Shown here: positions 61,423-64,000 of the stretch, piece after piece
How positions within the stretch are numbered: position 1 is the stretch's first letter
Layout: each line of letters opens with the position of its first letter
Assembly: GCA_963796115.1 (NCBI GenBank)
Contig: CAWCKE010000005.1
Coordinates: forward strand, 444,313 to 508,312
Origin: an uncultured Acidimicrobiia bacterium
Lineage (GTDB): Bacteria > Actinomycetota > Acidimicrobiia > Spongiisociales > UBA11373
Reading direction: 5' to 3'
DNA length: 64,000 nucleotides
Made by a program: the position numbers and the translations under genes
The notes under the pieces: generated by a model
Told to the model about the DNA's origin: nothing
What the model saw: the letters and a program-made list of their open reading frames with translations, nothing else
The model's database searches: none

Positions 61423-62591
61423 AGACCCGGCCGGCCGGCCCGACCTGCCCGAGTTGGCCGACCGGGCCGCGGACCGGCGGGCTGCCTACGTGCACGTGCC
61501 CTTCTGCCGCCGCGTCTGTCCGTACTGCGACTTCGCGGTGGTGGCCGGGCGAGCCGACCTGGTGGGCCGCTACACCGCGGCGCTGCTCGCCGAGATACGG
61601 ACCGCCGAGCCCTTCCCGGCGCCCCTGGACGCAGTCTTCGTGGGCGGGGGCACTCCCTCGCAACTGACGGCCGGGGCGCTGGCGTCGATCCTCCAGGCCA
61701 TCGCCGAGCGGTTCGGCCTGGCCCCGGGAGCCGAGGTGTCCCTGGAGGCCAACCCGGAGGACTGGTCGGCGCGGCTCGCGGAGGCGCTGGTCGAAGCCGG
61801 GTTCAACCGCGTGTCGCTGGGGGCCCAGTCCTTCGACCCGGGAGTGCTCGCCGCTCTGGGAAGGCAGCATCGGCCCGAGCAGGCCGCCGGGGCGGTGGCG
61901 GCGGCCCGCAGGGCGGGTTTCGCCTCGGTGGGCCTCGATCTCATCTTCGGGACCCCGGGGGAGTCGGCGGCCTCCTGGGCGGTCTCGGTGAGGCGGGCTC
62001 TCGAGTGCGGCATCGACCACCTCTCCACGTACGCCCTGACCGTGGAGCGAGGGACCGCGCTGTCGCGGGCCGTCGCGGCCGGTGCCCCGCGCCCCGACCC
62101 CGACCTCCAGGCCGACCGGTACGAGGAGGCCGTCCGCCTGGCCGCCGGGGGCGGGCTGGTCCGCTACGAGACGTCCAACTTCGCGCCGCCCCGGCCACGC
62201 CTGCCTGTACAACCTGATCACCTGGGCCCAGGGGGAGTACGAGGGGGCGGGCGCCGGCGCGCACCGCCATCGAGACGGCACGCGCTCGTGGAACGTGCGG
62301 CGGGTGGACCGCTACGTGGAACGGATCGAGGCGGGGGCGCCGGCCGTCTCCGGCGGCGAGACCCTGGGTCCCTGGGACAGGGAGCAGGAGAGGCTGGTGC
62401 TGGGCCTCCGGCGGGCGGCCGGTGTGGAAGGGGGCGCCGGCGGCCGGCGGCTGGTGGAGTCGCCCGGCGGCCGGCGCCTGCTCGAGGCCGGGGTGCTGGA
62501 ACAGGCGGGTGGCCGCCTGCGGGTGGCCCGGCCGCTGCTGGGGAACGAGGTGGCGCGGGCCGTGTTGGCACTCGATCCCGACGACTGCTAG
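61412..62591 (+). CDS. hemW: Radical SAM heme chaperone HemW (HemN-like, oxygen-independent coproporphyrinogen oxidase family), with a frame change near 62188.
   Basis: [16 protein letters not shown] (CxxxCxxC), [26 protein letters not shown], then YETSNFA / [12 protein letters not shown] from track ORF 62082..62591. Confidence 0.85.
62565..62591. promoter_or_regulatory. CIRCE-like operator (HrcA binding site): TTGGCACTC-N9-GACTGCTAG.
   Basis: 15 of 18 positions match the CIRCE consensus TTAGCACTC-N9-GAGTGCTAA, with exact 9-nt spacing. It ends 30 nt upstream of the hrcA ATG and overlaps the last codons of hemW. Confidence 0.7.
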
Positions 62592-62621
62592 CAATCGCCG
62601 CCGCCTGCTAACCTCGAAGCG

Positions 62622-63620
62622 ATGTTGGACGAGCGCAAGGCCGCCATCCTGGCCGCCCTGGTCGAGGAGCACATCCGCAGCGGCGAGCCGGTGAGTTCGC
62701 ATGCCATCCTCGACCACAGCCGGCTGCAGTGCTCGACCGCCACGATCCGCAACGAGCTGGTGATCCTCGAGCATGAGGGCTACATCGTCAAGCCGCATAC
62801 CTCGGCAGGCCGGGTGCCCACCGACCGGGGGTACCGGTACTACATAGACCACATCTCCCCGGGCTCGCTGCGACGCACCAGCCATATGCGCGTCGAGCAG
62901 TTCTTCGCCTCGATGCACAGCGAATTGGATCGAATGCTCAAGCAGACCTCCGAGCTGCTGGCCGACGTCGCCCGCTACCCCTCGGTGGTCATCGGGCCCG
63001 GTGTCGGGGGCCAGACCGTGAGCGACGTGCACCTGCTCCCGGTGGGGCCGGAGAACGTGCTGCTGGTGCTGGTCACCGAACGGGGGAGGGTCACCCAGTC
63101 GTTGCTGCGCCTGGGGGTCCCGGTGGCCCCGGCCCAGGTGGCCCATGCCCAGCAAGCCCTCGCCGAGATGGTGGACGGGAGGGCGCTGGAGGGGTCCGGC
63201 CCGATCGTTCCCGAGGAGGAGGCCCTCGACCTCCCCGGCCCCGTGGCCGACCTCGTCGGGCGGGCGCTGCGAGCGATGACCGACGCCGCCCGGGCCGATC
63301 GCCCGGTCTTCTTCGGGGGCACCAGCCTGATGGCCACCCTGTGGGAGGACCTCGCCAAGCTGCACCGCATCCTCGCCCTCCTCGAGGGGGAGGCCTCCGT
63401 GCTCCAGCTGGTGGACGACGCCTCGCGGCTGACCACCGTCCGCCTCGGCAGCGAGATCCAGGCCGGTGAGGAGGACCTGGCGGTGGTGTCGGCCCCCTAC
63501 GAGGTCGCCGGGGCCACCGGCCGCGTCGGGTTGTTCGGCCCCATGCGCATGGACTACCGGCGGGCGATAAAGGCCGTCGAGGAGGTCAGCGACGCCCTCG
63601 GCGACTCGCTGGGTGGCTGA
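62622..63620 (+). CDS. hrcA: Heat-inducible transcription repressor HrcA.
   Basis: Intact 332-aa ORF. MLDERKAAILAALVEEHIRSGEPVSSHAI..STATIRNELVILEHEGYIVKPHTSAGRVPTDRGYRYYID. Confidence 0.95.
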   Translation: MLDERKAAILAALVEEHIRSGEPVSSHAILDHSRLQCSTATIRNELVILEHEGYIVKPHTSAGRVPTDRGYRYYIDHISPGSLRRTSHMRVEQFFASMHSELDRMLKQTSELLADVARYPSVVIGPGVGGQTVSDVHLLPVGPENVLLVLVTERGRVTQSLLRLGVPVAPAQVAHAQQALAEMVDGRALEGSGPIVPEEEALDLPGPVADLVGRALRAMTDAARADRPVFFGGTSLMATLWEDLAKLHRILALLEGEASVLQLVDDASRLTTVRLGSEIQAGEEDLAVVSAPYEVAGATGRVGLFGPMRMDYRRAIKAVEEVSDALGDSLGG

Positions 63621-64000
63621 GGTGGTCGACTACTACCAGGTTCTCGGGGTGGGCCGCGACGCCACCCAGGACGAGATCAAGCGGGCCTTCCGGCGCAAGG
63701 CGCGGGAGACCCATCCCGACGCCAACCCGGGGGACCCCGACGCCGAGCACCGCTTCCGCGAAGCTGCCCTCGCCTACGAGGTGCTGAGCGATCCGCAGCG
63801 CCGGGCCGCCTACGACCGCGGGGCGCAGTTCGAGTCCGGCGACTTGTTCTCGTCCTTCGCCGGCATAGACGACCTGCTTTCCCGCTTCTTCGGGGGCGGG
63901 CTGGGCTTCGGCTCCGGTGGGGCGCGGGGCCCCGCCGCCGGGGCCGACGTCGGGATGAGCCTCGAGATCACCCTCGCCGAGGCGGCCGCCGATTGCTCCC
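63621..64000 (+). CDS. dnaJ: Chaperone DnaJ (N-terminal J domain; runs off the right edge).
   Basis: Own translation from GTG 63621: VVDYYQVLGVGRDATQDEIKRAFRRKARETHPDANPGDPDAEHRFREAALAYEVLSDPQRRAAYDRG (HPD motif), then a G/F-rich region. It is not in the track because it has no stop in the window. Confidence 0.9.

Overview
This is a very GC-rich chromosomal segment, roughly 70% G+C by eye. Its backbone follows the conserved Actinomycetota core gene order: MBL-hydrolase/rph/rdgB; a six-tRNA cluster; tig-clpP-clpX; valS-folC-ndk; mreB-mreC-mreD-pbp2-rodA; tdk; rne-rplU-rpmA-obg; nadD-rsfS; tRNA-Ala; leuS-CPBP-comEA-comEC-holA; greA and rpsT; lepA-hemW-hrcA-dnaJ. I cannot assign taxonomy from sequence alone.

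Accessory blocks interrupt this backbone:
- 1-5429: a minus-strand operon of three different sulfotransferases plus a GT2-GT1 fusion glycosyltransferase. This is my best candidate for an undescribed system (a sulfated-glycan pathway).
- 5572-6009: a small membrane protein built from about 10-residue Gly/Val/Gln repeats.
- 13485-16643: a secreted PKD-PKD-RTX-VanW protein, followed by two orphan exported proteins that share a duplicated promoter/hairpin/RBS/signal-peptide cassette.
- 35981-38290: a MoxR ATPase/CoxE-like VWA pair.
- 38426-45247: a LacI/ABC/GH3 beta-glucoside locus.
- 48141-51157: a GNAT, a 4-hydroxybutyryl-CoA dehydratase-like enzyme and a LacI regulator.

Regulatory candidates are T-box-like leaders before valS and leuS, a CIRCE operator before hrcA, a LacI-type operator, and leaderless-type -10 boxes.

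Major caveat: more than 40 single-base frame changes interrupt otherwise well-conserved genes, including essential single-copy ones (valS, leuS, tig, mreB, pbp2). Most look like homopolymer indel errors, not pseudogenes. Many long ORFs in the supplied track are antisense or chimeric artefacts of the high GC content. Edge-truncated ORFs (the glycosyltransferase at the left edge, dnaJ at the right) are missing from the track.

I found no CRISPR array, transposase, integrase or prophage gene.
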